Below are positions 27,740 to 37,706 of a stretch of 49,674 nucleotides of DNA, piece after piece. Source of the DNA: a virus (Duplodnaviria > Caudoviricetes); the IMG/VR virus record IMGVR_UViG_3300020045_001314, positions 1-49,674 of that record; one strand, 5' to 3'. The notes under the pieces are model-generated. The model worked only from the letters and a program-made list of their open reading frames with translations. It made no database searches and was not told the origin of the DNA. Each line of letters begins with the position of its first letter. Position 1 is the first letter of the stretch. The translations under genes and the position numbers were made by a program.

Positions 27740-30268
27740 TCACACATAAATCCTCTCGTCATAGTTAACGCAGTCGATTTGCACGGTGCCGTCGCTTGAC
27801 GGTGTTTTCTGCGCCACAACAAACAGATCGCTGTCGCGCTCTTCTGTCGTGCGGATAACGTACCGGCTGCCAACTTGAATACTGTTGCCATCTGCCACAT
27901 ACGCGCCTGTAAGCGGAACATCAGTGGTGAATGAGTAATTATCCCATTCGATTATCAAAACCCAGCCAGAACCGCGCCCAGTTGAGTTGTTGCACGTTAC
28001 GAAGTATTCATTGCCATCAACCAGCTGCTCAAGCGTTGACGATGTTTCGTAAGTGTTTCCAGTGATGCTCAGTATCTCGCCGGTATGCGCATATACATCA
28101 GCATAGTCTACAAACCGCACAAGTTCACCATGGCGCGGTATAAATCCGTCATCAAATACCGTAAAGGATGCCGACTGATTCTGGTAAATCAGCTTTTTGA
28201 ACTCCAACATGGCGCGGTGCTCTGCCTGCTCTTGATTCCCGCACCCGAGAAAAGTGATCTCTTTTGGGTGAAATGATGTGCCGGTGACGATGTTTCCGCT
28301 TCCGTCAAGCTTCAGATTTACATAGCGTTTTTTGTTTTTATTGGCTACGTCTACCCACTCCAGTTTCGCGCCCGTGTATTGGTCTTGCAGCAGGAATGAG
28401 TAGGTTGTGCTGAATCCATCATCTGCCATCGTATGCGCATCGAATTGCGCCACGACAAGACTGCGAGCTTCATCACGCACAAAGAATTCACTGATGCCAT
28501 CATAGCTTGTCTCGACATCCATCAACAGTGCCAATGCTTTGACGCGATCTCCTAATGATTGATCGGCATCATCAAAAGTTATTGAACATTTCACGAAGTT
28601 TGGATTGATGGCATAAACCTTGTCATGGATTGCGCATAGGCCAGTAATGTCTATTTCCGATGGGTTTCCATATCCCATCACAACGTAATTATGCAAGATG
28701 GCATCCGCCACAAACTCACTAGACCGCAAATCAGCAGGTATCTCGACTCCGTTAATCGCATCCCAGCCCTTTATCTCTGTGCTATTCCACCAGATCATCT
28801 TCCGTGATGCCATCACATTGAATTTCATCTCTGTACCGGTAGTGTATGCGGCAGCAGTTGATGTAATGGTTAGTGTCGTATCTTCAGGATGCACAACATC
28901 AGTTTTAACGCGGATTGCCGCAACAGATTCTAGCTTTGCTGTGTCAGCTCCGCTCTCTAGACTGTTATCAATACGACGCACTCGATACTTATAAAATGAG
29001 TCAGCAAGCCCTTGTATTTTTTTGGTGAAAGACCAGTCGTCGTATGTGTTTTTCTTGTAGAAAAACGACTCAATAACAACTGAACCGGTTTCGTTGCCGT
29101 CAGCATCGCACGGCACATAGCTAATTTCGAGATCGACTTGCGCCTTTAACCCACGCTGGAAAACAAAGTTAGACCACAGCTCTGTGCATGAAACATTGGA
29201 CAGATACCACCCAGCATATGCGGTATCAATTTGATAAAGCCCTGCCTGACCTGTGTAATTTCGCTCTGTATGAGTACCTTCAAAATCAATTGACGTTACA
29301 GTAAAGCGATCGTTTATGGAGTCATATGTGATTGTGTTTGTTTTGCTTGCGTATGTCGCAGCTTGCGAAACCCACACGCCCGGCGTGCCAACAAATATCT
29401 CATAGTTGTACCTAATCTCTATTGAGAACCCATCAATCAAGTCACCTGCAATTCTGTTTCTCCACCATTCGCCAAGCTGACCACCGCCACCTGAATCTGG
29501 CGGTGTGCCTGCTGTTGGGTTTGCGTAAGTAATTGTCATAGTCTTGGCGATTGGGTCTGACAAGTGCTCGTATGGCGCAGCTGTATAAAACGGATCGCCA
29601 TCTTGGTATTCGATGTCATTAGGCCCTGGCAGCTCTACGCCGCTTGAGTCAACCTCGCTAAAGGTGAATTGCTCACGAACAATCGGATTCACTTCCCCGG
29701 GCTGGAAAACGGTGTACGTCGAATTCAGGAATGATGACAGCGCGGAATCTGAATAACGGAAATCAGACAGCTCGTAATAACCCAACCCGATGTTGAATTG
29801 GTGTGTGATTACCTTGCGGTTGTTGATGTACTCAACAAGAGCCTCACTGGTAATGTCTGGATATGCGCGTACTTTACCGTATATGTCGGGCTTCTGTGCA
29901 TACAAGCGGGCTTGATTCGTCTGCCCTTGGAATTGGCTGTTTGGTGACTGCTTTCCGTTTGTGTCACCAAGATTTCCGAGGCGTCTTGCGGCTATAACAC
30001 TGTACACTGCAAGCGCTGCGATGGCTGCATATGCCCAGTAAATTAAGTTTGCGTATTGCGGCCTTACAATAATGATCAGAATGTCATCTTTTTGCGGATA
30101 AGCGTTAAAAACAAAAGCATCATTGTCAATCAGCTTACCGTTAAGCATCAACTTTGTGAACTTTGGATCGAGTAATGACCCATAAACGGCGGGAATTTGC
30201 TGCGCCCACGTCTTGCTAGTGTCGATCTCTGCTCGGCGTTGATTGAGTGGTGAGTCGATGATAATCAT
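27740..30268 (-). CDS. Tail tip / central hub protein (lambda J-like, with I-like N-terminus)
   Basis: QTNQARLY..PDIYGKVRAYPD; C-terminal VNYDERIY; follows NlpC. Confidence 0.85.
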   Translation of the reverse strand: MIIIDSPLNQRRAEIDTSKTWAQQIPAVYGSLLDPKFTKLMLNGKLIDNDAFVFNAYPQKDDILIIIVRPQYANLIYWAYAAIAALAVYSVIAARRLGNLGDTNGKQSPNSQFQGQTNQARLYAQKPDIYGKVRAYPDITSEALVEYINNRKVITHQFNIGLGYYELSDFRYSDSALSSFLNSTYTVFQPGEVNPIVREQFTFSEVDSSGVELPGPNDIEYQDGDPFYTAAPYEHLSDPIAKTMTITYANPTAGTPPDSGGGGQLGEWWRNRIAGDLIDGFSIEIRYNYEIFVGTPGVWVSQAATYASKTNTITYDSINDRFTVTSIDFEGTHTERNYTGQAGLYQIDTAYAGWYLSNVSCTELWSNFVFQRGLKAQVDLEISYVPCDADGNETGSVVIESFFYKKNTYDDWSFTKKIQGLADSFYKYRVRRIDNSLESGADTAKLESVAAIRVKTDVVHPEDTTLTITSTAAAYTTGTEMKFNVMASRKMIWWNSTEIKGWDAINGVEIPADLRSSEFVADAILHNYVVMGYGNPSEIDITGLCAIHDKVYAINPNFVKCSITFDDADQSLGDRVKALALLMDVETSYDGISEFFVRDEARSLVVAQFDAHTMADDGFSTTYSFLLQDQYTGAKLEWVDVANKNKKRYVNLKLDGSGNIVTGTSFHPKEITFLGCGNQEQAEHRAMLEFKKLIYQNQSASFTVFDDGFIPRHGELVRFVDYADVYAHTGEILSITGNTYETSSTLEQLVDGNEYFVTCNNSTGRGSGWVLIIEWDNYSFTTDVPLTGAYVADGNSIQVGSRYVIRTTEERDSDLFVVAQKTPSSDGTVQIDCVNYDERIYV

Positions 30269-30642
30269 TGGTCGCCCTTGTAAGTGTAATACTTGATTTT
30301 GTAATGGCGCATTGCTTCTATGCGGTTGCAGCTTACCGATGGCAATCTGGCATGAAGAATCATGCGTCCGTCACCAACGACAACGCCGACATGCTTTGGC
30401 TCTCCGGCTTGGTCAAAGCACATGAAGGCGACTCCACCTTGCTTATCGCATGGCACCCATTTGCTTTCCTCTGCCGTGAACCCTGAGGCAATATCAGGCG
30501 CGTAGTCGTCGCGCAGCTGAATACCCAGCACATCCGCATAGTAACGCACGACAAGCGCCCAGCAGTCGATTCCATGCTTTGTATGGCCACGCTCGACCCA
30601 CGGTGTGCCGACCCACTCGCTAATAAATTCGGTTTCTGTCAT
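30265..30642 (-). CDS. NlpC/P60 tail assembly protein (lambda K-like)
   Basis: GTPW..RG...GIDCWALV, HVG, ILHA. Confidence 0.88.
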   Translation of the reverse strand: MTETEFISEWVGTPWVERGHTKHGIDCWALVVRYYADVLGIQLRDDYAPDIASGFTAEESKWVPCDKQGGVAFMCFDQAGEPKHVGVVVGDGRMILHARLPSVSCNRIEAMRHYKIKYYTYKGDQ

Positions 30643-31130
30643 GACAACTCCAGCCCAGTCCACTCATCAATTTCATATGTCCGCGCCACGCTGCGAGTCA
30701 TAATGTTGGTCTTTTCACACTTAACTGTCACGGTATCAACGCTCATCGTGACGCCATCATTTGCCACATCAAGCGTGAACGTGAACATTGGCTCGCTTGT
30801 GTCCGTAGATGACCATCTAGCTAGTGTGCATTTTACTGGCTCGGTAATGCGCTTATATGGCGGAATTGATTTGATAAGGCGCAGCACCTCATCACCAACT
30901 ACAGCCCTTTCCATTGAAAATCCACCGGACGGAGCTGATTCGCCGTCAACTGATGGATACTCAACGACAAGATAAACCGGCCTATATTCATCACCGCCAA
31001 GCGTCACAACTTCTTCACTGCCTTGGCTTGCGTAGATTAGTACAGGATCAATGCTCGAGTGAGAAATGGCAATGGTGTCATATTCAGGAGATGGGTCTTT
31101 AGTTGTCCATATCGTTAAATTGTCGGGCAT
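30639..31130 (-). CDS. Minor tail protein (DUF1833 / L-like)
   Basis: Position between distal tail and NlpC; TIAISH, Y....WTGL C-terminus. Confidence 0.7.
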   Translation of the reverse strand: MPDNLTIWTTKDPSPEYDTIAISHSSIDPVLIYASQGSEEVVTLGGDEYRPVYLVVEYPSVDGESAPSGGFSMERAVVGDEVLRLIKSIPPYKRITEPVKCTLARWSSTDTSEPMFTFTLDVANDGVTMSVDTVTVKCEKTNIMTRSVARTYEIDEWTGLELS

Positions 31131-31609
31131 TACAGCGCCTCCGGCCATGTTTGATTCATGGCAATGTCAATCTCTGCGCGATAGTTGTACGCGTCCAGCA
31201 CAATCAAATCAGCGTGATCAGTGTAAACGGCTGGGATTGGAGCCTTGCGGCAGATGGCTGTTGCTGTGTACGAAAATACATTGCCAGCCTCTTGATTAGA
31301 CGGCAGAAGATTATCTGGAGTTAGCTGAAATGTGTGATCTTGCGGCCCAAACTCAGTATCCAGCGAGATTGTGAACTTGTTTGCGCCTTCATTCAGCATC
31401 ACCGGGGAGCGAAACCAAGAGATAAACTGCACGGCCTTGGCACGGCTCATGCGCCATGAAAGCTCGTATGTTGCCGGTGAATCGCTTGTCATCTGCTTTA
31501 CATAGCCAGGGCCAGCAAGTGGTTGCTTTAGCTGAAACCCAGGCGACTGACTGCGCGTGACGTTTATTAGCGGCTTTGGTAGCGCCGCAGGGTATGTGAC
31601 TATTGCCAT
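31130..31609 (-). CDS. Distal tail protein (M-like)
   Basis: YPAALPKPL start; directly follows the tape measure gene; start re-assigned with AAGGA RBS. Confidence 0.75.
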   Translation of the reverse strand: MAIVTYPAALPKPLINVTRSQSPGFQLKQPLAGPGYVKQMTSDSPATYELSWRMSRAKAVQFISWFRSPVMLNEGANKFTISLDTEFGPQDHTFQLTPDNLLPSNQEAGNVFSYTATAICRKAPIPAVYTDHADLIVLDAYNYRAEIDIAMNQTWPEAL

Positions 31610-31682
31610 GATGGTGTCCTTTAGGCTGATAATGGATTTTACCACACGGAGCACATAGAGACATTTTGCAGCGCACAAAACA

Positions 31683-31702
31683 AAGCCCCATCCGTGGGGC
31701 TT
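31683..31702 (-). terminator. Intrinsic terminator after tape measure
   Basis: AAGCCCCA-tccg-TGGGGCTT. Confidence 0.75.
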
Positions 31703-31706
31703 GTTA

Positions 31707-34187
31707 TTATCTTGCTTTGAACTTCGTATTTGTCCCGCTAGACATGGCTCGGCTAAACCTTCCTCGGCGGTTCTCCAGCTGGCTCGAAATCTCATTTATG
31801 ATCACATCCATTTGTTTGCCGTCCGGTGATGTGCGCGTCTGCACGTTTGCTCCGGCATTGTTATGCACGTTAACAGTTTGCTGGAATCCACTCGCTCCGC
31901 CAACTTCGCTCATGGGTGTAACGCGCCCACGGTCTCCGCTGATTAAATATGACGCTCCGCCACTTTGGTATATTTCAGGCTGGTTGTTTTCCCCGACTCG
32001 ATACATGCCAGCATCTGTTGGGCCACCGAATTGGCGAGCGCCAGCAACAGCCATAAGTGTGCCAGCTGATAATGCGGCCTGATACCCAGCCAAGCCAGCA
32101 GTGCCAGCTGCGCCAAAAGTTGCGATATTGGCGCTAATTGCCGCTGGGGTATATGCTGCGGCCATTGCTGTACCCTGCGCGGATGCAGCTGCAACACTAG
32201 CGGCGGCTGCCGTTTGACCAAGTATCTGGTTTTTAAGCTGCTGGATTCCAATTTCAACCAGCGCGCCAACCGCCTGGTTCAGAATGACATTGGCAAATGA
32301 CTGCATAGCCTCAGTGACCGACATGGTGCCAGACAGTAGACCAGATATAGCATTGGTTGACGCATTACCAAGCGCGTCGAGGCTATCCATAACAAATGCA
32401 TTGCCTTCTGACTGAGCCTTGAAATCATCTTCAAGCGCCTGCATTTTGTCTTTTTCGTATTGCTTTTCAAGTCTCGCCTTGGCCTTCTCGTAGCGAGATG
32501 TTTCAGCGCCAGCAAGCTTGTGATAGTCCTTGAGTGCCTTTAAATCAGCCTGATATTTTGCATCTACTGACTCGCCAGCGGAGAGCGTCGTTTTTTCTAC
32601 CGTTTCGAATTCGGTCTTTATTTTTTTGTTTTTTTCTTGTTCTTTTTTGAGCGCCGAAATTGCTTCTCGCTGCTGATGAGTTAGCAGGATTTGCTTTGCC
32701 ATCTGATCAAGCTGCACCGTAGTGGCTGATGAGTTTAGCTTTTGCTGCGCCTCTAATCTTGCTGACTCTATCGTGTAGCGGCTTGTTGCTTCACTGTCGC
32801 TGTCTATGCCTTTCTTGAGGTTGTTGTATTCAACCTGCAGTTGCTTATAGGAAAGCGACTGCTCAAGTATTTTTGCGTTATTATCTGCCCTCGCTTTTGC
32901 CTCTTTCTTTGCTTGCTGCTCTGCGTCTTTATCAGTTGTCGCTGGCTTATTTACAGATGTACTAACACCAACGCCAATATCTCCTGCGGCATCTTTCCTT
33001 GCTTGTCTTTCTCTGAATATTGCCGTTGCAGCATCGTCAGACGCTTTAATCTTTGCTTGCCTATTTTGCTCAACCGCATCAATTTCCTGATTGATACCGG
33101 TGATTGACGCCTTTCTAGCATCGGCCTGCTGCTGTACTATCTCACCAATAAAACCGCTTGTATCAAGCTCTTGACCTGCCAGCGCCGCAAGTGAATCAAG
33201 CTGTCGAGCTACGGTTTCGATTGCTCCGCCGATTGTCGTGATAATGGATAGTGCGAACTGCTGCGGGAATGCCTGCATGGCAAGGAAAGACTTTTGCGCC
33301 GTAGCTGACATATTGATAAAAAACTGGTCAACAACGGCAATCGCCGCAGTGAAGATATATTTCAGCTCAAGCGGAAACTCTGACGCGTCAGCAATCCAAT
33401 CAGCAAGCGCAGACCGTCCGTTAGTGATTTCACCAACAAACGCTTTCATGTTGTTGCCAGCAATGGTAAATGCCTGCTCGAATGTCGGGCCTACCTTGCT
33501 AAATTCATTGTTTATATCGGAACCGGCCTTCAACAGTGCGGATGCAACTATGTCTGATGTTATCTTCCCTTGCTCTGCTATCGATTTTATGTTTCCAACC
33601 GATACGCCAAGCTCTGCAGCAATGGCCTGCGCAAGCCGTGGAGCCTGCTCAAGCACAGAATTAAGCTCATCACCTCGCAACGCTCCGGCTCCAAGTGATT
33701 GCGCTAGTTGCGTTATGGATCCTGATGCCTCTTCTGTTGTCGCTCCAGAAACGGCAAACGCTTGGTTCACTGTCTTTGTTATGGCAAGAAGCTGGTCTTG
33801 ACTTAACGCCATATCCTTGGTTGCCATTGACAGCTTGCTATAAAGTCTTGCTGTTGTTTCTACGCTAGATCTAGTGCTATTTGATAGCGCCAAAATCTTC
33901 TGCGTTGTGTCGATAAACTCTTCGTTGCTTTTCGTGACAAGGCGAATTTTCGACTCAACGTTAGTCCATGCATCAGCGTATGCGATGACCTGGCGCACGA
34001 TTAAGGCGCTGGCCACTGCTGATGCCAGTTTTGTTAGGCTTGAGCCAAGGCGATCGACTTTGCCGCCAGCTGATTGAGCTGCATCACCCATCCTGTTTAG
34101 TGACGTTTTTGTCTGCTGCTCGCCAGTCAGCAAACCCTTTGTGTCCATCCCAACTGTGTAAATCAGCTCACCGGCGCTAGTTGCCAT
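31707..34187 (-). CDS. Tape measure protein
   Basis: TMP domain QLAQSLGAGALRGDELNSVLEQAP; Ala-rich; C-terminal ARQFGG...VGENNQPE. Confidence 0.93.
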   Translation of the reverse strand: MATSAGELIYTVGMDTKGLLTGEQQTKTSLNRMGDAAQSAGGKVDRLGSSLTKLASAVASALIVRQVIAYADAWTNVESKIRLVTKSNEEFIDTTQKILALSNSTRSSVETTARLYSKLSMATKDMALSQDQLLAITKTVNQAFAVSGATTEEASGSITQLAQSLGAGALRGDELNSVLEQAPRLAQAIAAELGVSVGNIKSIAEQGKITSDIVASALLKAGSDINNEFSKVGPTFEQAFTIAGNNMKAFVGEITNGRSALADWIADASEFPLELKYIFTAAIAVVDQFFINMSATAQKSFLAMQAFPQQFALSIITTIGGAIETVARQLDSLAALAGQELDTSGFIGEIVQQQADARKASITGINQEIDAVEQNRQAKIKASDDAATAIFRERQARKDAAGDIGVGVSTSVNKPATTDKDAEQQAKKEAKARADNNAKILEQSLSYKQLQVEYNNLKKGIDSDSEATSRYTIESARLEAQQKLNSSATTVQLDQMAKQILLTHQQREAISALKKEQEKNKKIKTEFETVEKTTLSAGESVDAKYQADLKALKDYHKLAGAETSRYEKAKARLEKQYEKDKMQALEDDFKAQSEGNAFVMDSLDALGNASTNAISGLLSGTMSVTEAMQSFANVILNQAVGALVEIGIQQLKNQILGQTAAAASVAAASAQGTAMAAAYTPAAISANIATFGAAGTAGLAGYQAALSAGTLMAVAGARQFGGPTDAGMYRVGENNQPEIYQSGGASYLISGDRGRVTPMSEVGGASGFQQTVNVHNNAGANVQTRTSPDGKQMDVIINEISSQLENRRGRFSRAMSSGTNTKFKAR

Positions 34188-34839
34188 GTTTGTCACCCTT
34201 GTTTAATGCTGCTTTGAGTTGTTCATATTCTTCGCGGCTAATGCGCTCAGCTTTCTCTTTCTTCTTCTCTGGATACATTTGCTCGAATCGGCGCTGAAAT
34301 CGCGTCATGGTCATTTCTTCGGCTTCTGACTGGCTTACCTTTAGCAGGGTGCAAACAAGGTCAACGAACTCGGCAGGATTGAATTCAGATGAGTATTCAC
34401 CGCCATCACGTTTAGGCGCCTCGCCAATCATGCCGTGCTTGAGTAGCGAGCGAGCAATGGTGATAACGTCAGCGATTGGCATTTTGCCCATTTGATACAC
34501 AAGTCTGTCTTTTGCCCACGATGGAGCGTATCCGCCAACCAGTTGCACGAATTGCTCGCAGTCCTGCTCATCGTAACAGGCATAAAGCACAGACACGGCG
34601 GCTGGCAGAATGTCTCGCATGTATGAATGCTCAAGCTGTGGCAGCAAGTTAACTGGAGTCTTTTCCAGCCACTCATGCAGCCCAACGCAAAACAGCTTAC
34701 CGAAGATGTCAACAATCTCGGAAGGCGATCCAAGGCGCATCAGATTTTTAAAGCACGGGCGGAATGTGCATGTGATAATCTCGCCAGTCGATGCATCTAC
34801 GCACTCTATCCGGCAGTCGCCGCTTGATGGGTCTAGCAT
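34177..34839 (-). CDS. Tail assembly chaperone
   Basis: Immediately upstream of TMP; TFRPCFKNLMRLG and AEEMTMTRF motifs. Confidence 0.7.
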   Translation of the reverse strand: MLDPSSGDCRIECVDASTGEIITCTFRPCFKNLMRLGSPSEIVDIFGKLFCVGLHEWLEKTPVNLLPQLEHSYMRDILPAAVSVLYACYDEQDCEQFVQLVGGYAPSWAKDRLVYQMGKMPIADVITIARSLLKHGMIGEAPKRDGGEYSSEFNPAEFVDLVCTLLKVSQSEAEEMTMTRFQRRFEQMYPEKKKEKAERISREEYEQLKAALNKGDKHGN

Positions 34840-34865
34840 GTGCAATCCTAATCGTAACCATGCAC

Positions 34866-34923
34866 CGATTTTATCACATGGGCGATGATTGGGCTTGACT
34901 GTATTGTGGATGAGTGTAATAGT
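34866..34923. promoter_or_regulatory. Back-to-back promoter pair: minus GTGATAAAATCG (34866-34877) and plus TTGACT-N17-AATAGT (34895-34923)
   Basis: Same motifs as 6751-6799, including the shared GATTGGGCTTG. Confidence 0.7.
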
Positions 34924-34951
34924 TTGGTTGTCTAAACAGGAGGGCGCATCA

Positions 34952-35377
34952 GTGAAATGCATAGATAACATTTTAAAGCGAAAGGTTTACGAGTACGTTA
35001 TTGAAAACTTTAAAGAAAAGATTGATGTATACACAAGCAAAACAAGCATGCCCCTATACAATAAGTCATGCCACTACAACGCAGACGCAATAGTGGAAGC
35101 CGGTAACGCCTTCGCTGTGGTTGAGTGCTTTGTTGTTGATGGCAATAGTAAATCTGTGTTTTTGCACTACATAAACATGGATCACCAGATGAAATTCTTT
35201 GATGCGACACTTGGATATCGATGGAGTGGCTGCGACTACAGATTTTCTAAATTGATAACAAGAAGCACAAGCGCTGACCCGTACGACATCCTTCTCGCAA
35301 GAAAGAAAGAAGTGTGCGGCAAGGCTGGTTTAATTGGATTTGTTGTTAATCGCGTTGGTGTACATAACATTCTATAG
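34952..35377 (+). CDS. Hypothetical protein with a possible Cys-His-Asp triad (SCHYNA, LHYIN, FDATLG)
   Basis: AGGAGG RBS before GTG 34952; antisense insert in the tail module. Confidence 0.7.
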   Translation: MKCIDNILKRKVYEYVIENFKEKIDVYTSKTSMPLYNKSCHYNADAIVEAGNAFAVVECFVVDGNSKSVFLHYINMDHQMKFFDATLGYRWSGCDYRFSKLITRSTSADPYDILLARKKEVCGKAGLIGFVVNRVGVHNIL

Positions 35378-35388
35378 GGAATAAATAA

Positions 35389-35694
35389 ATGGCACAGAAA
35401 GAATACTTGAAGATGGCGGATGTGTTTGATGAATCCGTAGATGCCATCACTACGCATTACGGAATCACAAATGCAATCGTTGAGCTTTCTTCGGCGACAC
35501 TCGGTGATTTTGTGACGCTCACGCACGCGCAATACGCCGCCCACGCCATAAACTCACACGATGAGCTTGTGGCAGATGTTGAGCGGTTGCGTGGCTTGTT
35601 AGGCGAGGTATTCCCATACGTTAAGGATGTCAAGACCTGGGGAAGGCAATACGAGTCGGACTTAGTGAAAAAGGTGCAGCTAGAGATTAAATAA
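35389..35694 (+). CDS. Hypothetical protein (AAHAINSHDELV)
   Basis: Common phage motif; ends at a terminator. Confidence 0.7.
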   Translation: MAQKEYLKMADVFDESVDAITTHYGITNAIVELSSATLGDFVTLTHAQYAAHAINSHDELVADVERLRGLLGEVFPYVKDVKTWGRQYESDLVKKVQLEIK

Positions 35695-35696
35695 AA

Positions 35697-35714
35697 AAGG
35701 GGCTCACGCCCCTT
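35697..35714. terminator. Bidirectional terminator
   Basis: AAGGGGC-tcac-GCCCCTT between convergent genes. Confidence 0.75.
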
Positions 35715-35731
35715 CTTCTTTTCTCTTTACA

Positions 35732-36070
35732 TTACGCAGTAACAACAGCGCATTTCAGTCCATCCGCGCCGGTAATTGTGATTACGCCCTGCAAAAATGC
35801 TTTGCGGCTGTTGCAGTTGAGCACCTTGCTTGCGCCAGCCGCAACTACTACAGATACACCTGCTGACACGTCAACAGCGCCAACGCCATCCACGGTCTTG
35901 GTTGTTGACCCTGCGCCATCCACAACAGCAGTCAGGGATCCAGCAGTGTCATTCCAGAACAGCAGGTACTGGTTTGATGCCAGCGTGAAAGTATCAGAGG
36001 CGGTCAGCGTTGACCACGTCAGAGTGAATACGCCATCTTGTGCTAGTGATTGAGTGCTGATAGTCGCCAT
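35732..36070 (-). CDS. Probable virion (tail-associated) protein
   Basis: Thr/Ala/Val-rich beta-type protein directly after the tail tube gene. Confidence 0.65.
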   Translation of the reverse strand: MATISTQSLAQDGVFTLTWSTLTASDTFTLASNQYLLFWNDTAGSLTAVVDGAGSTTKTVDGVGAVDVSAGVSVVVAAGASKVLNCNSRKAFLQGVITITGADGLKCAVVTA

Positions 36071-36073
36071 GTC

Positions 36074-36541
36074 TTATGCCGCCTTAAGTTCGTTTTGAAT
36101 TTCAAACTCGAAAGAGTATGTGGTGCCGCCATCATACGGATCGCCGCGCTCCCAGCTCTTGCCGATGCCAAACAGGTAGCGAGTGCCCTCTAGAGGTGTG
36201 GAATACTTGATCCACATGTACGGCTCACCATTCTGGGCAGTCGGATCTGGAAACTCGATAGCGTCACCAAGCGCGGCAAGGTTGAATGTCGCGTCATCAT
36301 AAACAATGCCGTCAACCTTCAATGATTTTTCCTTGAAGGTGACTAGCGATTGCTTGTTGTATTGTGGAGAGCTGGCGGTGGTAACGTCAGCGGTTGACCA
36401 TGTTGAGGTCTTGGTTTTGCCGCGAGTTGCACCAATGAACTTGTATGCCTTGGCGGAAACGGTAGCCAGTGAATCGTTAATGTCATCCGCTTTAGCTGGC
36501 ACGAAATGTACCAACGATGCGCGGCCAGTATATGCAGCCAT
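36074..36541 (-). CDS. Major tail tube protein
   Basis: GATRGKT...ADVT...SLVTFK..S...DG and TYSFEF; follows the tail terminator. Confidence 0.8.
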   Translation of the reverse strand: MAAYTGRASLVHFVPAKADDINDSLATVSAKAYKFIGATRGKTKTSTWSTADVTTASSPQYNKQSLVTFKEKSLKVDGIVYDDATFNLAALGDAIEFPDPTAQNGEPYMWIKYSTPLEGTRYLFGIGKSWERGDPYDGGTTYSFEFEIQNELKAA

Positions 36542-36544
36542 TTT

Positions 36545-36928
36545 TTAGCCCTCGTAGTTTGCGAGAATTCGCAGATTTATTTGACAGTACGGACGACCAT
36601 CGGTTGTGCGTGCCGTCACTGAAATGTCACTTACAGCTTCAATCAAGAAACTTTCATCTTGATGATAAGAATTTCTCAACGTGTTGATTATATCATTAGC
36701 GCGTGACACAACGCTTGGCGAGAAAGCTTCTGCCTTTCTCCCAATGACAAGCAGGCGCACATATGGCTGCCGGTATTCTCCGTTAGCCTCTTGGCCGCCA
36801 TCTGGCACTACAGCAATGAACCGGTCGGTGGTGATTCCTGTATCAGCCCACTCATACGGCTGCACCTTGTAATCATCATCAAGATTATTGGCTATCAGCC
36901 AGTCGCGAATGTTTTCAATGTGGCTCAT
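36545..36928 (-). CDS. Tail terminator / completion protein
   Basis: Size and synteny; TTDGRP motif. Confidence 0.65.
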   Translation of the reverse strand: MSHIENIRDWLIANNLDDDYKVQPYEWADTGITTDRFIAVVPDGGQEANGEYRQPYVRLLVIGRKAEAFSPSVVSRANDIINTLRNSYHQDESFLIEAVSDISVTARTTDGRPYCQINLRILANYEG

Positions 36929-37281
36929 AGCTTCATCACTCCAGCGATAGTCAGCAGCATGTCATCTTTTGACTCTTGAGCGGAGACGGTCAGCCAGTGG
37001 TCGATGGCGTCTGCGCGCTTCCAGTTAACGCCAACTTTTGCATTCACAGCTGCGGCATAATTCTGATGGAATTTCAGGATGCACTTGACCATGAGCTTGC
37101 TTTTCTGTGTAGTGATTGATCGGTTATTCGCCAGCGCAGATGTATCAATTGGCACATTTGTGGCTTGATACTGGTCTAGCGTAGTGGTTGCCGCATACGC
37201 AGCGCGGGCCGCTTTTATCTCGATGCCTGCTAGTATCTGCGGCATTTTGTCGATCACGCGCAAGCTGAATGCGGTAGCCAT
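36925..37281 (-). CDS. Neck / tail completion protein (HK97 gp10-like)
   Basis: VPIDTSALAN...NYAAAV motif. Confidence 0.7.
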   Translation of the reverse strand: MATAFSLRVIDKMPQILAGIEIKAARAAYAATTTLDQYQATNVPIDTSALANNRSITTQKSKLMVKCILKFHQNYAAAVNAKVGVNWKRADAIDHWLTVSAQESKDDMLLTIAGVMKL

Positions 37282-37625
37282 TACACGAACACCTTAAACA
37301 AGTCAGTTGAATCCAGCGGCGCGCCAGGGATTTGCCCCGTGGCGATCACATCTATTGCGCCTGCGTCGATGGGATTAATCTCCGTGTGGATACCGGATTT
37401 GATGTAATCTCCTACGCCAACAGGACTAATCGCGTCACTGAAAAACGTGCCAGCTGAAACAACTTCCTGCCCCATGGCGTTACGGACAAGTTTCATGTCG
37501 CGCTTATACCAGCACTTCACACTGACAGGGTTTGCATATGTGGTTACGCCTGACCAGTCGTCATGGCCAATCTTGAGCCAGTAAGTGCAATCCTCTGTCA
37601 TGAAGTCAGCGCCGAGGAAGTCCAT
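37281..37625 (-). CDS. Head closure / head-tail joining protein
   Basis: CTYW..., LVRNAMGQEVVS; synteny. Confidence 0.7.
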   Translation of the reverse strand: MDFLGADFMTEDCTYWLKIGHDDWSGVTTYANPVSVKCWYKRDMKLVRNAMGQEVVSAGTFFSDAISPVGVGDYIKSGIHTEINPIDAGAIDVIATGQIPGAPLDSTDLFKVFV

Positions 37626-37706
37626 TATTTGCCGCCCCAAATGTGACCACGGTAAAGCATCCATGGGGAAACGCCGCCGGATGCCATTTTTAAAATCTTG
37701 ATGGCA

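Noticed and set aside
34177-34839. Programmed -1 frameshift tail chaperone pair (G/GT type)
   Set aside because: A single ORF runs up to the TMP start; I found no second overlapping ORF or convincing slippery site
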